A DNA stretch of 64,000 nt from Phoronis australis. Taxonomy: Eukaryota; Animalia; Phoronida. Shown here one piece after another: positions 13,922-25,705 of this stretch. How positions within the stretch are numbered: the first letter of the stretch is position 1; each line of letters begins with the position of its first letter. The stretch covers positions 811,055 through 875,054 of the forward strand of contig NMRA01000070.1 of NCBI GenBank assembly GCA_002633005.1. The letters run 5' to 3'. The translations under genes were made by a program, and so were the position numbers. The notes under the pieces are model-generated. The model saw only the letters and a program-made list of their open reading frames with translations. It was not told the origin of the DNA and made no database searches.

Positions 13922-14189
13922 CTGTGCCGTAGCAAGGGGGTCAGATGCCGCGCCGGGCGCATGCCAAAGGGGAAGGGGTGCTAATCAAGTGTCGTCCAAG
14001 GGGGGCACCAGGCACATGTTAACTGAGGGGTTTCAAATTCTACATAGGCCTACCAATTGGGGATGGGGCGGGGGGCACTGAGAGGTGTCGACGGGGGGGG
14101 GGGGGGNNNNNNNNNNNNNNNNNNNNNNNNNNNNNNNNNNNNNNNNNNNNNNNNNNNNNNNNNNNNNCAAGGAGGTGCCTACGCCACTG
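13922..14189. mobile_element. hAT-type non-autonomous MITE (contains assembly gap)
   Basis: Ends are ctgtgccgtag... and ...ctacgccactg. Flanking 8-bp direct repeats gactcatt (13914-13921) and gactgatt (14190-14197) differ by one base. The interior is G-rich. Confidence 0.65.
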
Positions 14190-14329
14190 GACTGATTACT
14201 GTCATTTCACCACCACGATTAACTACGATAAAATATATAATACATGTACTGTATATAGCGAGCACTACGAAAGCAAAGTTGGGTCATTTAACTCCAACTG
14301 TGACTTGTGGCTCTTGAAGTCGAAGGTTC

Positions 14330-14551
14330 CAAACTTCTGAGCCAATATCCACTTTGAAATGTTAAGTCAATACCTCGTTCAGAATTTCTTCTGGAAGATG
14401 GGTGTTCAGGGTACAGACATGACTTTCTGTTTGGGTGAAAACCGAGACCAAATTCTCTTCGGTGAGCATCACATATGGTTTGGCTCAACGCCTGGTCCTG
14501 CTCAATCACAAATTTGCATATCCTGGCTAGTACGAGCCCATACTCTGCCAC
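14330..14551 (-). mobile_element. Possible degenerate DNA-transposon protein fragment (Cys/His-rich region)
   Basis: LVLARICKF...TICDAHRREFGLGF...CLYPEH...ERGIDL resembles the N-terminal region of invertebrate transposon-associated proteins. This is recalled similarity only and the family is not assigned. Confidence 0.3.
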
Positions 14552-16421
14552 TGGCCTTGATTTATGCGGTACTTAACACCATCTCAGGTGTTCTGAATTG
14601 TCTTTAGCCTGACTGACTAAAGGCACAAAGCTTTTGTGATAGCACTTGTTTGAAATTCTCTAAACGAGCAGAAATGACCTTCGTTCTTCATTTTGTCTTT
14701 AAGAACATGATAGCCTCAAAACCAGTTTTTACAAATAATAATTCGAACAAATCCAAACTTCAAAGTGAGTTATGTCCATTTAGTTGACCTGAAATTGTCA
14801 AATGGAAAAAAACAAACGGTTGCATGTACAGTTTTTCTACATGTCCTCAAACCTTATGTCAGCTGACTCACTGGGTAAGGGTCACCAGGTTCAGTTTTGA
14901 TATCGCGTAATACATCAAGAAAGCAACTTGTTTTGCATTTGAAAGACCTTAGAATTGATTTTTATAACAATTTAAAGCAGATTTCTTGCTCAAAATTTTG
15001 TTCAAATGGTCTGTTTACTCTGCTCGTCATTTCCAAAAACAGTTTTGCAAGATAATTTTCACTAAAATGTAAATTTGAGGCAATTTTTTTTACTCAGTCA
15101 TCAAGATTAATTCATTAACTCTGTAAAACTTACACAAGGCTGGAAGGTGCAATATGGCGGTAAGACGGTCACAAAAACGGCCACAACAATTAGCCAAAAG
15201 TGGTATCTGGATTATCTCCCCTGTCTAGCACAAAGCTGTCAGATTTTAATAAATGGCTCATAGTTATGCACAGTATACTTTAGTTATTCCAGCCACCAAA
15301 GTATAACTTTTGACCTATTTTGTCAGTTACTTCTTTTCGTTGCTGAAAACATATAATTTTGGAGACGGTTAATATGCCCAATTGTGCCAATTTGTGGTCT
15401 CATGCTCCAGCGGGGAATTTAGGGGTCTCGGAGTGCACAACATTTGGCATTTACTAGATTTTTGGTAAGATACTTATCCATGTACAAAAAATTAGGTTGT
15501 TTTGAACTTTGACGTATACATGTAGACTCATTTTTGAAAATCTACTGGTTTTTATATGGACTGCCTCTTATTACCTGCCGAAAAAAATAAATGAAAAACG
15601 GAGTGGGTCGGCCGACTTGACGACTGTTTTCTGGACTAAATCTGGATATGATTGCAACAAAGGGTATTCAGTAATTACTTGAATATGTTTTGAGTAAACT
15701 GACTTCAGAAATTTGGCCTCTGCTCTTGTCTACTCGGATAAAGAATTGCCGCCATTATGAGAGCACATCCTTGTTCAGTGTTGAATTCTTGGTGCGAATC
15801 CGGCCAGGTACCCTTCAAACAAATCGGAAATTGTCAAGTATTTGGTTCGTAATTACATATTTGAACCTGAATTTCTGGAATATCAGAATGAAAGAGCATT
15901 GGGATCATGGACTCCTCTCTTGCTCCGGGCAGTTCTGAATTTGTTATTTTAGGTCCAAAAAGTCCAAAATCGCACTTTTGTCATTTTCCAGTGGATGTAG
16001 CAAGGTGAAAATACGTGACTTTTTTGAATTTCTTCGGAGAAGCCTCACAGAGTTTACGTTCTGTTAGTTATGCCTTTTACAGGTGTTTGAGACAGCTGTG
16101 CAAACATGGGCTTTCCGTGAACCAGGCCAGTGATGAGGTCAAAATCAACTACTGCTGCCCGAGACCCTACAGTTTCCCCAAAGGTCCACCACGGACACAA
16201 ATAAAGTCGCCGGGGTTTCGAATTTACAACTTATTATTTTGTGACGAAGGTCAACTCAGGATGTATACTAAAATAAGCCAAATGTGTTCACATGAAAACT
16301 CAATTGACAATATAATGCGCCGGCATCGCCCTGTGCATGACCAGTAAAACGAAGTGAAGAGTGCCATTAACTTAAGAAGATGCTATGTCTCATTAAAACT
16401 GTGGATATTTTAATTTGTAGC

Positions 16422-16438
16422 AAGCGCCACCTAGTGAC
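16422..16438 (-). promoter_or_regulatory. CTCF-like motif
   Basis: The reverse complement gtcactaggtggcgctt matches the bilaterian CTCF core CCAC(C/T)AG(G/A)(G/T)GGC(G/A)C apart from the first base. Confidence 0.4.
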
Positions 16439-17495
16439 TTGCTGGAGGACTGTGTGTACAAGCTGGATCAGGAAAAGAGACAATTTGTAAATAAATTGCG
16501 ATTTCAAAGAAAGCGCCACGACTGATACATATAAAACAAGTGTTACCATACAAAAAGCTCCAGTAATTGCAAATATTACGCCATCGTTATTTGATAGTGA
16601 AATAAACAAATAATAAAAAACGTGACTTTGCCTTCAGTGTTTCATTAGAGTTACGGCAATGCAATGTGGGTTCCCAAGAAACGTGGATGAAAAGTGTGCG
16701 CAATTATAACGGCAGTTTACTGTCTTATGATGTCTAACAAATAGACGAAACGTTGATTTATCATTAACTTCTTCACTTGTGCGGCGATCGCCCGGTTTTT
16801 AATTTCAGCACAAATTCCATACAGTCAATGAAAATATCACCGTTTTGCCTTAAACATTACAGATATGGTGGTGAACTGCTGGCATAATGGCTCATGCAAT
16901 CAAAGCCCTATAATTATTGGCAAAGAAAATCATGTCGGTGGAAGGGCTGTTAGGTGTTTATATTCCCCTCTCTTACCAGTGGTCTCACGATCGCTGATTT
17001 CTTTGAAGTGGATAGCAAAGGAAAATGACAAGTTTCAGGAAAGTAGATGAACGCGGTTGAAATAATGTAAAATTGTGCTCTGATTGCTTTTATTGGCTTC
17101 TGTTCACTTTGTGATCAACATTATGCAGCGAGCTCGGCCTAATATCCTACAGAAACAAACCAGGGATTACTTCGCAAATGGATTTGCTGCAACGCTCGAC
17201 CCTCAAATCGTACGTATAGAGACATCCATTTTTTCAACATGAAATAGTCGCTGAGATATATTGGAGAATCACTTAAATTCGGTTATGGCCGACTACCAAT
17301 TCGCGCGAAAAACATACGCGGACATTTTTTTTTCGGTTTTTGATAACATCAAGTTTCATTTGTCTCGCCATGGTTCCTCCACTAAAACGCAATTTTTATG
17401 TCCGGGGTGCGAGGTGAGCGGGGAAGGCTTCGTTCGGGTGAACGTCTTAGGCTACATTAGGTGTCTGCAGTTTTGTCACGTGACCTCGAGTCCAG

Positions 17496-17575
17496 CTCGC
17501 TGGTTCCCTGCGTGCTCAGCCCAGCCAGCAGGCGCGGCTACCGCCCCACCTAGCGGCACGCAGGGAACCAGCGAG
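17496..17575. mobile_element. 80-bp micro-MITE (same family as 13217-13289, opposite orientation), 9-bp TSD cgagtccag
   Basis: ctcgctggttccctgcgtgc...gcacgcagggaaccagcgag form perfect 20-bp inverted ends. cgagtccag occurs at 17487-17495 and 17576-17584. Confidence 0.85.
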
Positions 17576-18000
17576 CGAGTCCAGTAGTTCGGGTTCAGTG
17601 GACTTTGTTGCCTTGGCCATACATTGTATTTGGCGCTCGCGTTCCCAATCGACCAACCTGAGGCCTATTGAAGCCATTTTCAATTTTCTCGAGGTCCCAA
17701 TAGTCCTTGATCCCTGTAGCTATTACTTTGCTTACCTAGCAATCAAAGTTCTTCATACTTGCACAGTCATTGGATAGTTATTTCGACTGGGGATTTTGTT
17801 TAGGTCATGTATTGTGCTTTTACGCTTTGCTGCACAAGAATACATCCCCGGGTTTCGTACAATGTATGAAAGAGGTCTTCCATTTTCTAAACGGTAGTGT
17901 AAATGACGTGGCCCTTGGCAATTTCGCAAACCGTGTAAACAGTCACGCCATTGTGCGGTCGATGTACGTTGCGCAAACCAAACACGTACATAGTGTAGAC

Positions 18001-18772
18001 ATGTCGGACAACTTCTCCACGTCTAGCGCTTCTACGCTTGCAGTTCTTAGCGACGAAAGGTAACGCATAATATGATTATATAAAAAAACGTAATTATGTA
18101 ATACTTCAAAATGAGCCATTTTGACACAGCATTCAAAGACTCGTCAATCAATTGGACGAGTTCTTCTTTATCAATGAGGATGTTTTGCTAGACTACAGTG
18201 GTTATTTATGCATGTATGCTGAGTTGTGTATGTAATTTGTATATGTTACAGTGACTTAATGCAAACTTTTTCAGAGTCTGTTTTGACCATACAACATTAC
18301 GAAAAGTTGACAGAGATACCGATAACTTCGACGGAACTGATATTGAAGCCGAAAAATTATATCGGGGCATCATTGAAGAAATGCATATTTGTTATTCCTT
18401 GCAACGAATGTCAAGGATTTTGTGTCACATTCCAATTTCGGGACCAGTTTTCCCGAAATTAAATTTGGGTTGAGTCGACTTTTAGCAACATCGTCATTTG
18501 TGGATGATATTTTGAATTTGCAGTCAATAAAAACATTGGCAAAGTAGTAAACCAAGGGAACTGAGAATGCCCAGGCAACTTGCTGTAGACTAGGTTCACA
18601 AAACAGTTTGTTTTGATAAACCAAATCATTGCATTGTTGAACGTGATTATTTCCTTTTGAAATTTCATATTAATGACATATTGTTTACTTAAACTGTAGA
18701 CTTGAAAAATTCAGCAAACTGGCGGATGCGGGAAATAATGTGCATCCATGACGATGAAGATGATGATTATGG

Positions 18773-18811
<39 letters not shown>

Positions 18812-21800
18812 CGATAAAAAATTTGTAACATGATCTTGTCTTGGAATGGAATTTCCACTGGATGGTTTGGCTGACATCGGCAAGAAACACTGTTGTGTCC
18901 ATTTTCCCCCAAGAAACCATGGGTCGATGCGGGTTATCCGCAATCTGGGTTCAGGTGCCCATTGGCCTATTCAATACATTCGCGTTCCTAGGCAATCGCG
19001 TAACTGTAGTACAGTACTAGGAATAAAAGAAAGCCACCAAGTGGGGCATTGGCTTCATCGCGAGGCAAAATGCTCACGGTTCCTTATTTTACCGCTATCG
19101 TGAGCTATGACCTGATCTAATTTGCACTTGCAGTCTTTAGCTCTTCTGCGCTCTTCCTAACTACTAATTTCAATGTTCACTGTGTCAATGGTAACAAACT
19201 AATTTCCGGAACTAGCTATTTCAGGTAACATTCGAGATGTCCAAAATCTCGATACTGTTACGCAATAAAAGTGTTATTGTAGATGGAGGGCCGGGCTGCC
19301 GGAGGCCAGTGAGGATGACAATTCTGTGTTTGAATTACTTGGCATACTTGCACTGACACTTTATTTGAAAAACATGCAACGAAAGTCTTCTTTGAGGAAG
19401 ACCTGGGGATAGAGTTCAGTAATGCTAAGACCTCGCTAGGACCTTGATACATTGTAGATAAGCAAGATTTTGCGAGATTACGAGAAATATTTCTGTGTAT
19501 TTTAAATGAGAACACGTGACTTTGGCTTGGCTTCCTCACCGCGAGATAGCTACTGAACCCTACTAGACCTTGCACTTCAGTTGATATGACAACGTCGTTC
19601 TAGATCCGGGCTACCACCTATTGGCGACTGGACGAATAATGGCTATGAATGCTTCAGGGAAATGTTTGGAGAGGATTTCTTCAGAAATGCACTTGCGAGG
19701 CAATTCAACGTGAGTTCATCTTTTCAAGTTATTTCAAAAATATCAAACTTCCAGTCACGTAACCAGATTGGCAGGTTTCTAGTCTGCTTGTGCCATATTT
19801 GTTAACGCAATTTTGCGTAGGCCTATGATAAGTTTATATTCCATTGAAGCAACTCAGTTGTGGCTAGGCTTCGTTCGCATACAGCGGTCGCACGTGACTG
19901 GCCAGAGTAGTATGATAGTTTTGCATACTACTGATATGTTGCTTTTCGCAATATAGATAATGAAACGGGAGATCGCAAAAGTGCGAGATACGCAAGAACT
20001 TGCGAGATATCGTTGTGTATTTCAAGGGAAACATGTAATCTCCTTAGCAGCCTATACAACATGCTTGCGTCAACTGAACTCAGCCGCTATATACATTTAC
20101 ATGTTCACACTGTGCAAAAGTACTGTAGTAAGGTTTCCGAGCTTAGTACTCGCAACGCACTCGCCTTTCACTATCGGGACTTAACATGATCTTCTGTGAT
20201 CTTTCTATTCTCACAAGAAACTTGGTCTACGGAACTCCAACCAGCTGCCAAAGGTACAGTAACGCTCGATTGTTGGCGTGCCGATTTTTTCACAGGGTAT
20301 CTTTCCTCCGTAGGTGGCGCTGTGACAGAGGTCATTTTGAACTTATGATTGTTAACGTAACGCCTTTAGTAAAGAAAATACCGTGGAACATAAGAGACAT
20401 TTTCGTTACCCATTAGCTCTATTTCCGTAGGACACACCAAGCTGTGACACTGGCTTCAGGAAGTTCAAATCCGGATGCAGCAGCATTTCACGAAAACTCT
20501 GCATGGCCGCATTTTTCACGGGAAAGAATGTTACCCATCCTTATGGTGTATTGCTTTCTGGTACGTACTTTTCTTATTCTTGACAAATAGATGCCTACAA
20601 GTTAAGGAAACGTTTAATTTAGCAAAACGAAACATGTCACTATTCAAATCTTTGAAGAAGCAGTCACAGGTTACGATGGATAAATTAATCAACGTTTGAT
20701 AGTAAATGGTAATTGTTTGAGAATATTTTCAGGCACAGGAAAAGTTATCACTACCGATCTCGCGGACTGCGGTTTCTTTGCCCCAAACCAAACTTTCACC
20801 GTCACGGCACGTCACTCATCAGCAGGGCGAAATTCTCATGATGATGCAGCAGTGACGATAAAGAGCTTGGCAGTTAGCTTCCATTGCACTAGTGATCAGC
20901 AAAGACTGGACTTGTTATGTAACACTGGTAGGATGGGTCTATGGTACAACCTTCCCACATTTGAAGAATATTTGTCAAGCCTGTCATCCGTTAGAAAACT
21001 TGCGAAGTTCGTTAAAGGGCAACCTTGCAGGTAAATACACTACTGAACAAAGCCCATGCATTTTCTTAGTTTTTGAGGTTTCAGTTAGCTAATATGAAAT
21101 GAATACAATCAAATCTAACTAAATAAGCACTTTTGATACCAACCAATCACAATTTTTTCATTTTGAAGAAAAAAGTTACTTCCAAGTTTCTCACCAAATG
21201 GTGTACCGGGTGGAAGACGGAGTGATTTGGTTACTTGACAATCAATTTGCGGAACACAGCAGATCAGAAGACAATGACGATTTTAAGCGAGAACTTAACA
21301 ATTAGTATACAGACAGAGAGGAGAGTGGATACAGGTATGGCATTGAAGTACTTGAAGAATCAGACAATGAATTCAATTTCCCACTTAGCGAAATTTCGTC
21401 GGCTTTGAGGCCTTATGAACTCTGCCCATTTACACAAGAAATGCTGGAGACATGTGTGAGGCACAACCAACTGAACCAAAAGGTGGTAAATATTCGCAAA
21501 ATAAACACTTAATAATCACTGATGACAAATGCACAGTAAACCTGTGTCATCCTATTGCAATAATGAAATGAGCACGGTCTAAACACAATGCAAAACTCTA
21601 TATGTCGATCTGAGTTGGCGTCGAGAGCCTAGCATCATTCGCCCTAGAATGAAGGCAGTTTCTTAGTAATTTTTAAAATTTGCAAATACACTTGCAACGT
21701 CCTTCATGGTAACGCCGGTTGGTGTTTGGACGAAACAAGATTCCTTGAAATGTACCAAAGTGTGGCTCACGACTGAATTGCATGTTCACATTCACTTACA

Positions 21801-24800
21801 TTCCACACCCTCATGCGACGCACAAACCGATGCCATTTCTGTGCAATTTTCACGTACTTAGGAAATTTGAAAACAGAGACGCTTTCAGTCAAGTTGCTGG
21901 TACTACAGCCTCCACAAACGCACTTTTTCATGTCTGAAAAAGGCGGCTCTCCACGGACGTTCCTAACAGCTCCTCAATATCGCACTGGCGCAACGGCGGA
22001 GACGTTCTTCCATCCATTACTTACAGTCTTGAGAACAGAAAAATAAAAATAATTCTTTTTAATTTATGGCTTGTTTCTTAGCATCTGGTATACTTGGGTT
22101 ATTAAATCTCTTACGATGTATTAAAATTCTCTTTGAAACACCCGATCATGGTGGGAACTCATTGATACACATGTTAATGTTTGCCGCCTCGGTAATGTTG
22201 ACAAAAAGTTTTCGTTGTATAATAGTTTACTAACGATCTTTAAAATTAACATCTGTAAGTTCTCTGTTTTTTTACAATGTTAATAACTACAATTATTTCG
22301 ACGTCGATTTATATAAGAGTGGTACAGAAAATTGACGAAGAACGTGACACACAATGTTTAATACTCAGAACATAAGCCATTTTTGCATCAGCACAATGGT
22401 ACCTTGCACTCTGCTACAGGCGTTGCATTTTTATGACGCACCCTCCCCCGCCGTTCCTCACAAATTGTCTATACTGGCCAACCCAGCTTCGCGTTTGCCG
22501 CCTGTTCAGTGGATCTAGCTACGCGCCCAATGCGTGCAATTGTCGATGCGTTCAGGTTATGGGACACACTACAAATTTCTGATCAGGTTCATATTAAACT
22601 TCCATATAATATGCTTTGATCACTGTTTACCAACTCGCTGTCAGGAATTGCTTTTAAATGTTCTATTTTTGAATGAGGGCTATCAAAACTTGGAATTTTA
22701 TAAAAAATCCAAACGTTGAACCAAACGAAAACGAAATGATAATTTGGAAAACAGTAACAGCATTTTAAGATTGTGTATTGGACATTTTTATCACACAAAA
22801 TATGACAATTTTGTAGATACGGTTTTCTGGCTATGAATGTACCTTTCATGTTTGCTAAATTTAAAGGTTACTAAATGTGGGTGTGTCCTATTAGCAGATA
22901 CTAGAAACGACTTAGCAGTTCAAATCTTAAAAATGAAATAATGCTTTGTTAAAACTGTCAGTCTTCCCAAGTTTGGAGCAGATTTGAAAATGTTGCTAAG
23001 TCTGTTTAACCCTATCTAATGCTTTAAGTGATTCATATGTGGGGGAAAGATCGCCTACCTCAAAACACAAATTCGATTCATGAAAAGGTGTATCAGTACC
23101 TTGGTTGAAAAGTACTTTCATCACTCAAGAAAGGTACACATTATGTCTCATGTAAGAACCAGCTTTTGGCATGAAGTTAAAATCAAACTCTACTTGCTTT
23201 CTACTTTAATAAAACATGAACTCTTATTCTATGGTCTTGTAAATATTTGACTAAATGCGCAGATTTGTGGATAAGGTCCTGCGTAACATTGTTACACTTG
23301 TACATACAGCTGTATACAGTATTGGTAAGTACGTTGCACCGACCGTTGCAGTCCGATGTTATGTTTCGATGAGCTGAATTACCAACCGCGGCAGATAATA
23401 TTTGTGTTTCAATTTAATATGAAGTTACTAACATAGGTGAACGTGGCCCATTTGCCAGTTGTGGAACTGTCTCAGAAGCTCTCAGTGACCACGCTTTATC
23501 TTTTCCCCTCGCCTTATAAACAACAACAAAATACCAGTGTCTGCTTTAAATATAATAAAAACACATTCTTAGCAAGCATTCTCCAGGTCCTTAACTAATT
23601 TTATAATTAGCAATCATAATCCTATCTGTTATATTTCCAATTGCTTCATATGTAACAGTATCTAATTGTGTTCTCAAAATCTCCCGAGCTTATTGGTTTC
23701 TGGCGTGTCGGTCGTTTCAGCGCTAATTCACTTTGTTTTTTTATATCTCATAAGTTTGCATCTTTCTCTTTTGGCTTATTCTACCTTTTTATTAGCGGTC
23801 GAAAACCTTTAGAAGGCTCCCTAATTTAATTCGCAATTATCTAATGATTGAATAACGTCTTTATGTAAAAGTGCTTTTCTCTCTCTTTTCAGGTACGCTA
23901 GTTACGCAGATGCGTTGAGGCGAGGACCGGAGTCATTCAACAATCTGTATTACTACAACTGGCATGCTTACTGCCTGACTACCAAAGGCGGCCAGGAGAT
24001 ACAAGCAAAGTTTCGCGTAATACCTAGCAGCGGTGAAATGGAATCTGTAGAACGAACTGGTCTCTTGCCACCTGACCACCAAAAAGGAATGAAATTGATA
24101 AAGTAAGTTGCTACACGGTATAGAGTATTTGAAATTACAAAAAAGTGTCAATATCGTCAACTTCCACATCCCAAAACTGAACCAGTTTGTATAAATCGTA
24201 AATGTCGATGGTTGAAATCAGCTGGTAAGGATATGTCGAGATGTTTGTTGAGGTCGACCAGCTTGTTTCAGGACTTCCGTGACTGGCCTCATGGAAAAAG
24301 AAAATGATCAGAACTATGTGAGCAAATCAATTCCTTTTACGGCACTATAAACGGAATTACTCGGTTATAGCTTCTTTCACGTCTTTTTAACAACTACGAA
24401 TCAAGTTATCTGCCGGCGAAAGACGTCATGTGATAATTAGCAGTGACTTGGAATGCCAGCCAATGGGTCAAATGACTACCTGAGTAAACGCTAGGCCAAA
24501 TGCAAATGACTGAGTGACAAGCAAATTGCACAACGTCCAATCTTCGACCGAACGAGTTCTTTTGAAAGTCATAAATTCCATGTAGTCATAGTCACCATGT
24601 ATTTCATTTCTGTAAATACAATTTTTCTCCTATTAGTAATCTTGACGTGTGGTGGATAATATTTGATGTGCAATTCGAATGTGATATGTATGGCACTAAA
24701 TTGTACACTTTCATTGTACGGACTTTCATCCCCGTTTGGGTCCGGTTTTGGTTTATCACCAGTTACATTCTTTTATCAAACGGACGGTAGTGCAGTAATC

Positions 24801-25356
24801 GATAGCATTAGGAAAGCACACAGATGTTTCTAGGAAGATTTTTCAAATTTTGCCGAGAAAACATGTTTTCCTGTCATCTTTTGCCATTGGGGACTGTTTG
24901 CGTCATTTCATACCATCCAAAATATACATACTAGTGTTACATTTCAGCAACCAACAGAGAGACGAAAACGATCAACGTCCGACGGATTATCTACGAAAAG
25001 AAATAGTGCACAGAGCCCGATCAGGCAAGGCATTATACAAAGTGCAAATACAAATTCGCGATTCTCTGGAGTACAGAGCCTTTAACATGAGTGAGTACTG
25101 GGACGACAGAGAATATCCGTGGCGAGACTTGATTGAATTTTCGCTTGACAGTGTTGTAACAGACTTCGCGGAATATTCGCAAACTTGTTTCAATCTCGTT
25201 CACATGCCGGCATGCCTGAGCTTCCCAGAACCCTCCGACGAGCTAGACTTTCGATCACTCGCCCATCTACGCACACAAGTTTATAGGAAGGTGCAAAAGG
25301 CCAGAATGCGATCATTTAAAGATGCCAGCAGTTTTGCTTACTGTCCAGTTGATTGA
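18001..25356 (+). CDS. Stand-alone catalase-related heme protein, allene oxide synthase (cAOS)-like, ~403 aa; exons 18001-18059, 19604-19709, 20431-20560, 20733-21030, 23893-24102, 24948-25356
   Basis: All junctions are GT-AG and phase-consistent (1212 nt in total). The protein aligns block by block with the coral cAOS domain: WTNNGYECFREMFGED~WKNFGFEIFGEKYGQE; NVTHPYG~RATHTVG (distal Thr-His, 20533-20538); ARHSS...DDAA~LRHAN...DDAG; LDLLCNTG~LDIVMNTG (distal Asn, 20921); ALRRGPESFNNLYYY~ALRRAPDTFAHLYYY; RPTDYLRKE~RPDDYLRKE; LRTQVYRKVQ~LRVAVYTWVQ (proximal Tyr, 25282). AATAAA is at 25399. Exon 1 and the start codon are less certain because the frame stays open upstream to ~17770. Confidence 0.88.
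18748..18815. repeat. (GAT)n microsatellite in intron 1 of the AOS-like gene
   Basis: Run of gatgatgat.... It generates spurious poly-His and poly-Ile ORFs. Confidence 0.95.
21198..21512 (+). mobile_element. Degenerate piggyBac-like transposase N-terminal fragment (intronic)
   Basis: An acidic stretch with an in-frame stop is followed by RPYELCPFTQEMLETCVRHNQ, resembling the PGBD 'P.ELF..FFT.E.LE.IV..TN' motif. Confidence 0.35.
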
Positions 25357-25527
25357 TATATTACAAGCTTCAGGGTAAAAGACTTTTAAAATGTTTACAA
25401 TAAAGCCTGCTAACAATTTTCCTTGACATTTTCACACAAGTGTATGTAGACGTTCAGGTGTTTTGTAACAAATTCATATATACATGTAATAATGCGCCGC
25501 AAATAATTACTGCACTCCTCATATTTG

Positions 25528-25705
25528 CGTAATGTTCACCCATTTGGCATACTATAGGTCATTGCCTGGTGCCCGTCCACAGAATGAGGTCATATTCAGT
25601 ATTTATTTGACTATGTGTCAAGGACGAAAAGTTGACCAACTGCCTGGTGTCATATTGAAAATCACGCTTGCAATTTTATATACTAAAAAGCGGGCGGGTG
25701 TATCA
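25528..25705. repeat. Dispersed repeat (homolog at ~59509-59699)
   Basis: cgtaatgttcacccatttggc...cattgcctggtgc...aggtcatattca...ctatgtgtca.ggacgaaa...ttgaaaatca...ggtgtatc is shared by both loci. Confidence 0.75.

Noticed and set aside
18685-18920. Poly-His and poly-Ile ORFs
   Set aside because: They are translations of a (GAT)n microsatellite in an intron.
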